This document shows positions 1-10,628 of a stretch of 64,000 nucleotides of DNA, in pieces (position 1 is the first letter of the stretch; each line of letters begins with the position of its first letter). Made by a program: the position numbers and the translations under genes. The stretch is taken from positions 124,001 to 188,000 of the forward strand of contig NW_021835993.1 in NCBI RefSeq assembly GCF_006345805.1. The letters are read 5' to 3'. The notes under the pieces were generated by a model. The model was not told the DNA's origin, searched no databases, and saw only the letters and a list, made by a program, of their open reading frames with translations. Source of the stretch: Octopus sinensis (lineage: Eukaryota).

Positions 1-1504
1 AAGGCGGAATGATGTCCCCAGACATGGACTTGCCCACCAATCCGAGAAAGCAGTCCAGTCGGCTGTGACTCAACACACTGACCTGATCCCCCTCAGACTG
101 GAGTAAGCACACACACCCACCCGCAGTAGTCCACACATCACCAGAATGTCATTGGCATTACCCACGGCGACCTCCCTCGAAGACATGACGAGTAAGTGAG
201 TGAGGACGTGGTCTATGTACAATTGAGGGACACTACTGAATATGGCCTGCTGTGTGGGGGAGGGGGGCAGGCCTATGCACTCCTTCAACACCTCAATTCC
301 CACAGAGGATGAGTCCCCCACCACTGCCTCCTCAAACTCGTCCTCACTGTCCAATTAAATGCATGCACAACTCGAATGGGCCAATCTGGTCGGACTTGAA
401 GCCAAGATGGAATAATTTCTCACGCACTTGCTCAATTCCGGCCTCCCCCAACTCATTCCCGTTCAAGTTGAGCCTTCCACCACAGGATTCCCCCAAACCT
501 CCAAAAAATGGAGTATGTGTGATGTGGACAGACCGCAGTGGCTAAAGTCCAGTGTCTAAACATATCACAACAGGGAGACGTCGAAATGTGCTTCTGAATA
601 GGAGAAGGCCAGTCCGAAGGCGGGGAAAGCAACTCCCGGGTAGTTATCACTGATATTCAACGACTTTAGTCTGTTCATTCCATAAAGAGACTGACATGAT
701 TAGTGTGGTTAACCAAGGATAATAAAATGGCGCCAGTTTTGTGCATGTTGTTGTCAGAGACGTCCAGTGACTCCAACGTGGAGGACACCGAGGACAAGGC
801 CAGGGACAAATGTCTGAATCCCTCGTCCACCACCGAATTTCCCTTCAACTCCAAATTTCTCAGCCTCTTTAGTCTCTAGCACATTCTGGGGGGAAATTAA
901 TACGGAAATAATTCTGCTCATTTTGGCCGCCCCAGCATCCCCCAGTCTGTTTCTGGAAATATGAAAATTGACAATTTCAGAGGACTGAGTGAGCCAATAC
1001 TCGTCCAACATCTGGGAGTGGCCCACCAACCCAACCTTGGCACCCTCCGGTCCCAGTCCAGTGTTGTTGAGGTTGAGAGTCTCCAATTTGTGAAAGACCT
1101 TCGACTGGAAGTACTCCCGCAGTCCCGGGAGTGCCAAAGGACCGATTGCGTTGTCGGACAAGTCGACCTCCCGAATGGACTGGATGACTGACATGGACTG
1201 GCCGAGGAAGGTCTGGACTGATGGATGTGGCCTACCAGGGCTGCCGGGATCTCTGTGCTCGACCGGCGAGTGAACATGTTGGACAGGTTGAGGACTCGCA
1301 GTGACTTGCAGTGAAGGAGGGCCTCCGAGATTTCCCTACAGGCATCGACGCTGTAGGAATTGCCGGAGAGACTGAGGGAGAGCAGAGTTGGACTGTTCTC
1401 TCGGATTTGCTCACATATTGGTTGTGCTGTCGATTAATTATATTTGTACCCTCCTCTACGGTGTTGATGAATGTTCCCGAGTCAAAACACAGAGTCTCAC
1501 ACAT
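1..1504 (-). CDS. RANGAP1: Ran GTPase-activating protein 1 (LRR domain plus acidic region; 3' end runs off the left edge), multi-exon
   Basis: Exon pieces SNMFTRRSSTEIPAAL, IREVDLSDNAIGP, LNLNNTGLGPEGAK, ISRNRLGDAGA, LNLNGNELGEAG and acidic DSEDEFEE follow the RanGAP LRR pattern; ATG at 1504-1502; frames joined by short GT-AG introns. Confidence 0.85.
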
Positions 1505-1569
1505 GATATGAAATATTAGTCTAATTAATTCAAAGTTATATAAATATTAATATAATAATTAATTAAGTG

Positions 1570-2263
1570 ATGGAGTGTATCTCGTGCTATGTGTCTGAGA
1601 GTGACAGTCCTTCCAGCACGGAGGAGACGCCCCTCAAAATCCGTTCAGTTCCCCACGTGATCGGGAATTGGTCAGTGCACGTGTATATAGACTGCACTCA
1701 ATGGGGAGGGAGGAGAGTGGTCCCCCACAAGTGGGAATGCGTGGACAGTCCCCACATCAGTCTCTCTCGGACTGTCTACACGACGAGGCAGTGCATCAAC
1801 CCAATCTGCGAGTCCCTCCACCGGGCACTCTCTCCACTCACACTTCCACGTCAAACTCGACGACCAACTCACTTACTTCACCAACGACAGCCACAATCGG
1901 TTCCCAGAGAGTGCACATTCTTAGAGAGTTCGCCGCCCTGGTGGTTGTGGAGGGGACGCGGAGACTCGCCCAACTGGTGGGGGATGTGGACAGAGTATTC
2001 CACAAGTACCAATTGGAAGAATACTACCAGTGAGGGGGACTGTCATGTTTGCAGGACCCGACCTTCCACGTCAGTCTACTGTGGAGGAACAGAGGAAGGA
2101 AGGACTATTGCCTGAATGGATATGAGGTGGTGGTGGACTGTTATGGTAGGACATGATTGGGGAGTATTTGGGGGAGGAGTACTCCGTGAGGTATGTCCAC
2201 GTCAAACTGGGTGGGAGACGACATTTTGTCATCCAATTGGCTACCAAACAGTCATTTGATTAA
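1570..2263 (+). CDS. USB1: U6 snRNA 3' phosphodiesterase USB1 (2H family); apparent frameshift near 1830-1845
   Basis: IRSVPHVIGNWSVHVY, first 2H motif HISLS, YFTNDSHNREF, VGDVDRVFHKYQLEEYYQ-DPTFHVSLLW (second 2H motif) and VHVKLGGRRHF match the USB1 layout; 25-nt intron gttccc...cttag. Confidence 0.85.
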
Positions 2264-2283
2264 TAGTTAATAACAATCCAAGA

Positions 2284-3400
2284 CTAGATAAGTAGAATAG
2301 AGAAGGCATCCATTATGTACTGGGCGTGAAGGAGGACACACAACCTGCTGGTACCCCACCCGTGACTTTGTCCCCAACTGGGAGGGCCACTTGGAGAACA
2401 CATCCCAACAGTCCATTACGATCTTCCTAATCAGACAGAACTGATCCAGTTTGACACTATTCCGTAGCACAGTGGCACAGAAGGCGGAGTAGTCGTGTGA
2501 ACTGGAATGAGACGGGAGGAATACAGATTGTAGCCCAGGGCAGTCCTCAACTCACCTGCATTGAGCACTACTCTGTCGGTCGAGTTGGCCGAGAAGAGGG
2601 TGACACATTCTGACACGTATTGCTTCAGTCGGACAAAGTCCTGCATGTTCAATTGGTCAGGACTTGGCTGGTGGGGAGTGAGGGATACCTGTGAGTGCAG
2701 AATCGCTTTACGAGTATCCGACATACACGCTCGTCGAATGGACGCTTGTCTGAGTTGACGAGTGCGCTCTGCAATTCTTGGACGGATATCAATCCCGATC
2801 GGTTCACGTCGATCGACTGCATGTGGACAAATAACCAATACAGTGAACCACGCCTCATAGGAGTCCTGGGAGTGTGAGGAGGCGGGATAGGCAGTCGGAC
2901 CCCCCATGTAGTTCTGTTGAGGGTTTGGAAAGTTTGAGGTGGGATAGGCAGGCGGTCCTCCCATGTAGTTCTGTTGGGGGTTTGGAAAGTTCGAGGTATT
3001 TAGAGGATTAGATGTAGAATAGGCAGATGGACCTCCCATGTAGTTTTGTTGGGGATTTGGCAGGTTCGAGGTGGGATAGGCAGGCGGGCCTCCCATGTAG
3101 TTCTGTTGTGGGTTTGGGAGGTTTGAGGTAGAATAGGCAGACGGACCTGGCATGTAATTCGGTTGAGGGTTTGGGCAGTATGACTGGTTGGGGTTCTGGA
3201 ATTGTCCGGAAAACTGTCCGTGCGAGGAAGGGGGCTGGTATGGGTAGTTATGCGGATTTGCTATAACTTAATTGCAAATGACTACATGTGTTGGGGTTGT
3301 CGTAGGCAAAGTTGTAGGGCTGAGTAGAGCGGGGGAGTGAGTTGGGATTTCCACTTTGATTCCATTGGTTATCGTACGGGCCACCACCAGGATTATTCAT
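2284..3400 (-). CDS. Penta-EF-hand protein (peflin/ALG-2/sorcin family) with long Pro/Gly/Tyr/Gln/Asn-rich N-terminus
   Basis: ATG at 3400; EF-hand IDVNRSGLISVQELQSAL, PFDERVCRILV, LNMQDFVRL, LNAGELRTAL; C-terminal QYIMDAFSILLI* reached through a 22-nt intron. Confidence 0.75.
2878..3174 (-). repeat. Coding tandem repeat, five copies of a ~57-nt (19-aa) unit PNPQQNYMGGPxAYxTSNx
   Basis: Units read directly in ORF 2431..3153 and its upstream extension; one unit carries a short PLNTSNF insertion. Confidence 0.95.
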
Positions 3401-3431
3401 TGATATTTTAATAGATTTGATTTAAATACAC

Positions 3432-4487
3432 TTAATCATATCCAAACATCCAGGTGAAATAATTCGACAGAAAAACGAGGGTTGCAATTAATGAGAACTT
3501 TATGGAGGCGCAGTTTGCCAAATTCACAATTTTTCCTCCGTCGCCTAATGAGGGAGCTCTTGAAGCTACAAGAAGGCCTTTAAAAGCAGCCGAAGCTAAA
3601 AGGATACGCCAATAAATACGGGCCATATATCTGGAGGCATTTCCTTAGATCAGGAAACCTTCCATACAGCCCTGGGACTCTCTCCACACTCAAGTCGAAA
3701 CATTCGAGGACATTTTTATCCGCCTAATATCATTCCATTGGGGGCTCTCCAGCACCTCCTGAGGTTTGGAGAGGCTAAGAAGTGTGCACGTCCGTGGTCT
3801 GATGTTTAGGGCCGCAGGGAAAACTTAATATGATCGTCAAAATATTTAATGGTATGCCCTTTCGCCTGGGATCTGATTTTTACTCATTATTCACTACAAA
3901 TATTCTGCCAAGTATTTTTTCTCAGAAATTTCGGTCTGAATAACTAAAAAAACTTTCAATTTTCAAAGAACATACTCGACATAGAATGATCCTAATCCTC
4001 TTGCTTCTTGATAAGTATTTCTTGCAGGTCGGAGATGTATTTGACGTTCCATTAATTTGGATCGAATTATTCTATCAACTACTTGAAACAAAATAGCAAG
4101 AGGATTTGAAGATAAGAATTTCTTTTGCCACTTAAGGATATTGGGTAATAATAGACAACTAAGTGGATCCATTGTCTAAATAGAGATAAACTATTAACCT
4201 ACTCTATTCAGAATTTGCCAAAACTTTATTGGCAGGTTCAACGGTCTTGTTTAAGTCAATCCAAACAGCAAACAACCATAATTCGTCATTTGATGCATAA
4301 CAAAATCTCTTAGTCTCCATTCCATTGTATCCACAGAATCAGTAGAGGAAAGGAATTGTTGAAAAAAGTGGTGTTGGCATTGTGGCTGAGTTTTCAAAAC
4401 CATAATAAATCTGGACAAGTCCTGTCTTTTTATGGGTTTTATTGTATTTAGTGATGCAGTCGAGGAATGGGGATTGAGGAACACCAC
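3432..4487 (-). CDS. Unidentified multi-exon protein with a hydrophobic C-terminal segment
   Basis: Track ORFs 4251..4487, 3963..4172 and 3432..3626 join into one frame with 21-32 nt GT-AG introns; ends FSLIATLVFLSNYFTWMFGYD*; family not recognised. Confidence 0.55.
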
Positions 4488-4567
4488 GACTAAATTTAAT
4501 AAAATTATATTTTGATAGTGATTGAGTGATTGGTGAACGAATGGATTGTTGCTATAGCAACGTTATT

Positions 4568-5226
4568 ATGGTTGACTGAATGGTTGTCATTGCAGGGATT
4601 GATGAATTTTTTGACTCGATTCAGTTTCGGAAGAAAAAAGAATCTCAAGATTCTAATGCTGGGACTCGACAACGCAGGAAAGACAACAATTCTCAAGACA
4701 CTCGTCCTGGAAGACATTTCCACGACCTGTCCGACTCTGGTGGGTGGTCGCAGTCTGATTGCAGGGGTTCAACATCAAGCACGTGAAACAGAAAGGACTC
4801 AACATGACGGTGTGGGACATTGGGGGACAGAGGAAGATTCGGCCGTATTGGCGAAACTATTTGGAGAACACGGATGTGATGGTGCAGTTGGGGGGTCATT
4901 GTAGATATACGTCATCGACAGCACTGACCGGAAGAGACTGGAGGAGAGTGGTTATGTAAGTCCCCGACTGATTCCAGGAGTTGTTCGAAATCCTGGACGA
5001 GCAGATGCTGAGGAATGTGCCTGTGCTGGTGTTCTGCAATAAACAGGATCTGGTGACTGCGTGCCAGACTGACGAGATTGTGAGGTCGCTCAGTCTGTGC
5101 AACCTGAAAGGGCATGCCTGGCAAGTCCAGCCTTGTTCTGCCAAAGCAAACGAGGGTTTAAAGGTAGTCCCCGATTAGTGTCTGTAGGAGGGGTTTGACT
5201 GGATTCTCCAGGTCATGAAGAGGTGA
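4568..5226 (+). CDS. ARL3: ADP-ribosylation factor-like GTPase 3, six exons
   Basis: MG start, [33 protein letters not shown]. Introns 4571-4595, 4740-4764, 4882-4904, 4956-4977 and 5164-5187 (25, 25, 23, 22, 24 nt). Confidence 0.93.
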
Positions 5227-5328
5227 CTCAAATAAATATTCTACTTATTTTTTAATTAACGGCCGGGTCATGACTACTGGTGGCCATTCTAAGACAAAAT
5301 CATCTGTTTAAGCCATAAATAAATCCAA

Positions 5329-7201
5329 TTAGGCAACCTTAACTTGGGTATCAGTATAAACCACTGCCTCAAACACCCACTTTTGTGAACCGTCCCCCGA
5401 ACAGTCCGATAATTTGACCTCGAATTCCCCATCCTTGGCAAGACATCGAACTTTGGTCCCTTCAACATATTTCAGCAAGTGAGTCCCCTTGGAATAGAAC
5501 AGGAGCGACAGACTGAGTCATAACTCCACGGCCCTTCCCCGAAGTATTGATAGTCCAGTCGCATGACGGCGTCGTCCTGGGAGTACAGTCCCCTCTCCGA
5601 CACCCCAATGTGTCCTCTCGAGTCCAGTCGGAAATACTACCACCTCCCTCAGCCAGTCAACCATGTTCATGCAGGGCAGTTCAGGACAGCGGGCGAGACT
5701 GACACGACTGTTGACATCCTCATTGCCCGAAGTGAGACACAATGTCGAGTCCACCAACCGAATCTGAGGAGTCAGACTAAGTGCACACATTTCCGAAATG
5801 GATGTTCTCATGAGGGTACGGGTAGCTGTCCAGTAAGAAAGGGGCCACGTCTTTCATAAACCAGGAGAAGGATTTGCACTGCAGTCGATTCTTCAATGCA
5901 ATCTGGTCCCTCACATCCACACTGAACCCATCCAATTCGGGATGTCGTCGATAAAAGTATTTCCTGTGCTCCTCATCAAACCAGGTGTCGACCACACGTT
6001 TGTGATTCTGTGTGTTCTATAAAGTTCTCGAATACTCCACCAGGTCAGACAAGGGGACTTGAGACGTGTATTTGCTACTCGCCGTGGATCGTCCAGGACC
6101 GCGGTAAACGTGTCCAATGCGGGAACAGGGAACCCACAAGACAGCCCCATGACACATCCACACTTTAAAGGACAGTTCGTATTGCTCTCCTCCCCAGACA
6201 AGCAGTCCCTGGTCATAGTACCCCAATTCTTTAAAGAAGTGTCGATCAATTGCCAACAACCCCCCTGCATGGGTGGGAGAATGGTATGGCTCGCTTGACA
6301 GTTTTCCTTTCTGGAGGGGCAGATTGGCCTCCTTGTAGAAGAATCCCCACTCAAATATGCCCACGGGATTGTCACGGGAGGAGTAGACAGAAGAATACTC
6401 GAACGTGGCCCAGTCAATCCCATCGATGACAGGCACAGCAATCGCCCGACTGAATGTCATTCTCGATTATACCTGTTCTCCTTTATTACCGAAAGAAGAG
6501 GTGGCAGCCAGTTTGTGTTGACTTCGCAGTGAGCATCCAGGAAGATGACGACTCCCCCAAGGCAGCCTTCGCTCCCCTCGTCCTCGCTGCGATTAGTCCC
6601 TCATTCTCCTTGTTTCGAATCATCCGCACGAGTCCTCCATACTCCAACACCTTCAGTTGGAAACTAGTCACCAAAGCCTCTAAATAATCGAATTATGCAC
6701 ACGACCGTCGGATGTTCCGTCGTCCACCAAAATGACTTCTTTCAGCAAATTGGGAGGGCTTCTGTCGATGATGGAAGTCACTGTTCTGAACACCACAGAG
6801 AGCGACTCGTAATAAAACACCAGAATGACTGAAGCTGTGGGCAACTCTTCCGGGTAGTCCCAGAATTTGCATCTGTGAATGAATATACATTCGTACTCCT
6901 CATTCCGCGTGTCCAATATTGTTCTGTTTAGAGCAATCATTCTACTTATCTCGTCCTTGTACCCAAATGGATAGGAGGGGGCCTCTGGGTTCGTCTTAAC
7001 CCCTCTCCCATTCTCCCCCGGGCCACTTTGAAATGCAATTTCCTGCGGTTCGTAGTTGCCATACACACCATGGTGGTAGGCTGGTGATAGGACTGGGTGG
7101 GTCGAGTGTCTGAGAAGTGTCAGACTAAAGACGGCCACAACTGATAGTATCACGATTGATATCTTTTTTCGGAAGCTCAGGAAACCAAACACACGAAACA
7201 T
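5329..7201 (-). CDS. GALNT: Polypeptide N-acetylgalactosaminyltransferase, copy 1 (1-nt deletion near 6553, just before the DxH motif)
   Basis: Type II TM anchor, [52 protein letters not shown], ricin-like C-terminus; copy 2 reads FLDAHCE in frame. Confidence 0.9.
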
Positions 7202-7978
7202 TGATAACAAATTTAAATACTTGTCCAACTAAATAAATTAATAAATCAAAATACTCTCAACGTAGATGACTCAATCAGAACGTAAGAATTGTAATATGAT
7301 AGAAAGTATGTGGATTGAGTAGAACGTGGGTTGATGGACATATCCGTGTCAGCAGAATGGAGTCAATAAAAAGACTTTAACGGAGGAGGTGGACAATAAA
7401 CTGACTCTAAGAAGTGGACAGGAAGATTCAATTGGATGTCTTTGTTAGCCCTTGTGATGAGGGAATACCTGCAAGAGTAGACCGCTCTTTACGTTTCTCC
7501 TTTTATAATTCTTAATTTTACAAACCAGGTTCTCAACCATTTTTGGCTCAAGGGCCAGATCGATCATTTTTTCAAAAATAACGACTTGAATCGAGAGGCA
7601 GTCTCCGTGGAGAATTGAGACCGAGACGCCTGGAAGAGAATCGATACTTATGAGTACAAAAATATTTTATTAATTCGTGTACGAATATCAAGAATCAGAT
7701 CAGGCCAACATCCCCTCCTCACTCCCAGATGACCTCTTTCCATTCCCTAAGCAATCTCAGTCGTCTCATCGCACTTCGTGACCTTTACTTGCTGTTGATT
7801 TTTTTAAATAGGAAAACCGGGGATCAACTAACTAACTAAACGTTCCCCAATAAGGACAATGACATGAATTGGTGAAACAAGATCAATTATGGGGCTAATC
7901 AAATGATATAAACTACATGTTTAACAATCGCAATATAATCCACTGCTATTTGTGAATTTACTTATAACACGAAGCATA

Positions 7979-8960
7979 TTAGACAAGCATATCAGCAAAA
8001 AAGTCATCAAACTCCTCCTCCCTAAACGTGGACAGACACCCCAACCTCGTCTTGTCGTCCGTCAGTACGAGTGGGCCACGCCAAATGGAGTTGTCCTCCT
8101 CGGGCTCACGTTCCTCGACTGCCTTCACTTGTTCTGGCTCACTGGCGGGTTCCTCCTTGACTTGTGGTCTGATGACTTGTCGGTGCTTTCGATGGTAGTT
8201 CAACAACTCCGAACAGTCGACGCACAGTCCTGTGGACATTACCCAACATGTCACTCAGTTTGATCAATGCCTGCTTCTGAACGGCCTCCTCCGTGTAGAC
8301 AAAGTTGACTTCCCAACTGCGAAGTCCATCCTGGCGAGTACATCGAAGTGACCCGCATATGAACTGTCCTTGAAGTACAAAAGAGGAGGATACCCTTCCC
8401 GTCGATGACCTCCGCCTCCGTCCTCCACCTCATCCCGATCTACCGTCACCCACCCCTCTCACCTTGTTGTGCTTGTAGTGCTTCAGGTTGGCCAGACAGT
8501 ACTCGTGGTATAACTTGTCGTAGTACTTCTTGGCTAGTTTCTTTCCCCTGGGAGTATAAACAGACAACCAACCAAGTATCCACTGCCTCGTCCTCGTCCC
8601 ACAAAAACTTGTGATTTTCCTTAATTGTGTCCAAATCCGACTTGAAGGCCCCCACTCTACACGTCAGGCCAATTCCTACTCCTTTCGCTGATAGGGGCCC
8701 AGTGTCCCTCCGTGGTAACGAAAGTAGTCATTCACGAGTTGTTTGTGTCGGGAATACTGGGAATGATGGTGAGGCATTACAGCATCCATGCTCATGTATT
8801 TCGCACGAATCCCCTTCGCAGGTCTGAGTTGGTCATCGACGAGATACCTTTCTGAGTCGATGACTTGCGTCCGCCGTTTTCTTCCAAAGTCGTCCACCAA
8901 GTCTGCCTTTCGTCTAATTGTGTATTTTATTTGCTACTTTGATTTATTCGTTGAATCCAT
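7979..8960 (-). CDS. FRA10AC1: FRA10AC1 spliceosome-associated protein, copy 1
   Basis: Spliced frame gives RHKQLVNDY, DLDTIKENHKFLW, LAKKYYDKLYHEYCLANL, GMRWRTEAEVIDGKGQFICG, LRSWEVNFVY, ALIKLRLCVDCSELLNYH. Confidence 0.9.
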
Positions 8961-10197
8961 TTCCTTTAAAGTTGAATTAAACTGGCATGCTACCCAACAA
9001 AACACTTTTTAAATATTAATTATTATATTTTTAATACTCCTCTCATTTATTAGAATTACAAATATTGTTATTTATAAAGAATGAAAAAACAAACGATCTT
9101 CTGAGGGAACTATCGGGGAACAGAGGGAATTAGAAGGGATTGATAAAAAATATTCGGGAAGGGTGGCACATGTGAGGTAACTTTACTAACGTTGTTTTAC
9201 GGTGTGTTTATTAATAATAGTGTCGGAGAGGCCGACGAATACCTCAAAAGTCGATAAAGTCAACTCAAAAATAAGTAATTATTTTTTCATAAAAATATTA
9301 GAAATACAATTTCAAAGTTTTTTAGGTCAACTTTGTCAATTTTTGTGTCATTTTTTAATTTTCCGTCTTAATATTTTTAAAAAATATAAATATCAAATTT
9401 TGAGCCGCACCGACTTATTTAATTGTTGTTATGTTTTCTAAGTCGAAAAAATGGTACTTTTTGTAATAAATAATGAAAAATAATTAAAATCTATTGTTTA
9501 TACGTCAAGATTTATACATTGACTAAAATTGTAGATTACCCTAAATCCTACTGAAGCATTTGTATCAGCAAATATTTCCTTGTATGAACTAAGGAATACT
9601 GGGTTAATCAATTTTTTCAATACTCAGAATTCAAATGTCGAAATAATGTCAAAATTTTGGTAGAACGACGTGTCGATGAGATAATCAGCTTGTTAATTAA
9701 CGAAAAGATGTTCTTATTTGTGAATATATTCTTACTGGGAAAATAACGGATACTCAAATCAACTAAACCTTATCCCCTAAAACGGAAACCATATTGATTC
9801 GGAGAGCAATGAAATCAATTAAAAATAAAGGACTTTTTAATGATTTAAAGGAGATATGGAATAAATATTCCCCACTCGTTGATGTTCTTAGTGAAATTGA
9901 CTCGATTTAAAAGAAGATACATGTAAAATAAATGAATATAACGAGAAGAGATTGAGCTCGAATGAAATTCTAAAAATTGTCAACGGAGATGGAATTTTTT
10001 AGCCTTTGGAAAAGTTTAAACTACTACAGTGTCAGGCTACTGGGTGTTCGGTGGAGCCCTTGTTTTAAGTTTTTCATACAATTTTGGCCAAAGACCAAAA
10101 TTTTAAAACTGAAAAGGTCAAATACTATATGATTGTATATAATTGTTGTTTCTAGAAAAAATTATTGCTTAAAATTTATCTGTAAAACTTCTTTTTA

Positions 10198-10328
10198 TGA
10201 TCAAACTGAGTGACATCCTGGGTAATGTCCCAGGACTGTGCGTCGACTGTTCGGAGTTGTTGAACTACCACCGAAAGTCAAGGAGGAACCCGCCAGTGAG
10301 CCAGACCAGGTGAAGGCCGCCGAGGAAC
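10198..10328 (+). pseudogene. Inverted, diverged ~130-bp fragment of FRA10AC1 including its intron (also at 22556-22686 and 52335-52464)
   Basis: Matches the reverse complement of about 8110-8265; retains the gtgacat...cag intron; has a 25-nt internal deletion. Confidence 0.9.
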
Positions 10329-10628
10329 ATTTTGGTCAACTTTCCTCTTTTTGAATCAATTTTGTTGACTTAATGGAGGTCAATTTTTGCTTTTCTGGAC
10401 AACTTTGTGGTTGCCCTACTTATAAAATTTGAGCTAAAATGTTGTGTGATTCATTACCAAGTCAAATAAACAGGTGAACCAACCTAACCTAAGACAGAGG
10501 GACGGTTTTCCCGTGTGGTTGTGACCAAGAGTGATAGCGAGGGTTATCAACTGGACTGATATATCAACCACTTTTTGATAGCCCGGGGGTGACGCCATTA
10601 GTAAAATTAAAGTCCAATTAGTAATAGT

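Noticed and set aside
2878-3174. Regular ~57-nt repeats as a CRISPR array
   Set aside because: They are in-frame coding repeats with no unique spacers, in a eukaryotic gene, with no cas genes.
7290-7500. Possible decayed LINE 3' end upstream of GALNT
   Set aside because: Only vague similarity across mixed frames; no diagnostic motif.
7525-7562. CCAGGTTCTCAACCATTTTTGG...GGGCCAGAT resembling a hAT/Charlie MITE end
   Set aside because: No partner terminal inverted repeat or 8-bp target duplication found; too short to support.
9075-9280. Short exon-like stretch (ELEGIDKKYSGRVAHV...) at the C-block boundary
   Set aside because: No start codon or recognisable family, and the 51-kb copy is in a different frame.
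10478-10493. AACCT repeats as an interstitial TTAGG telomere seed
   Set aside because: Only about two units; expected by chance.
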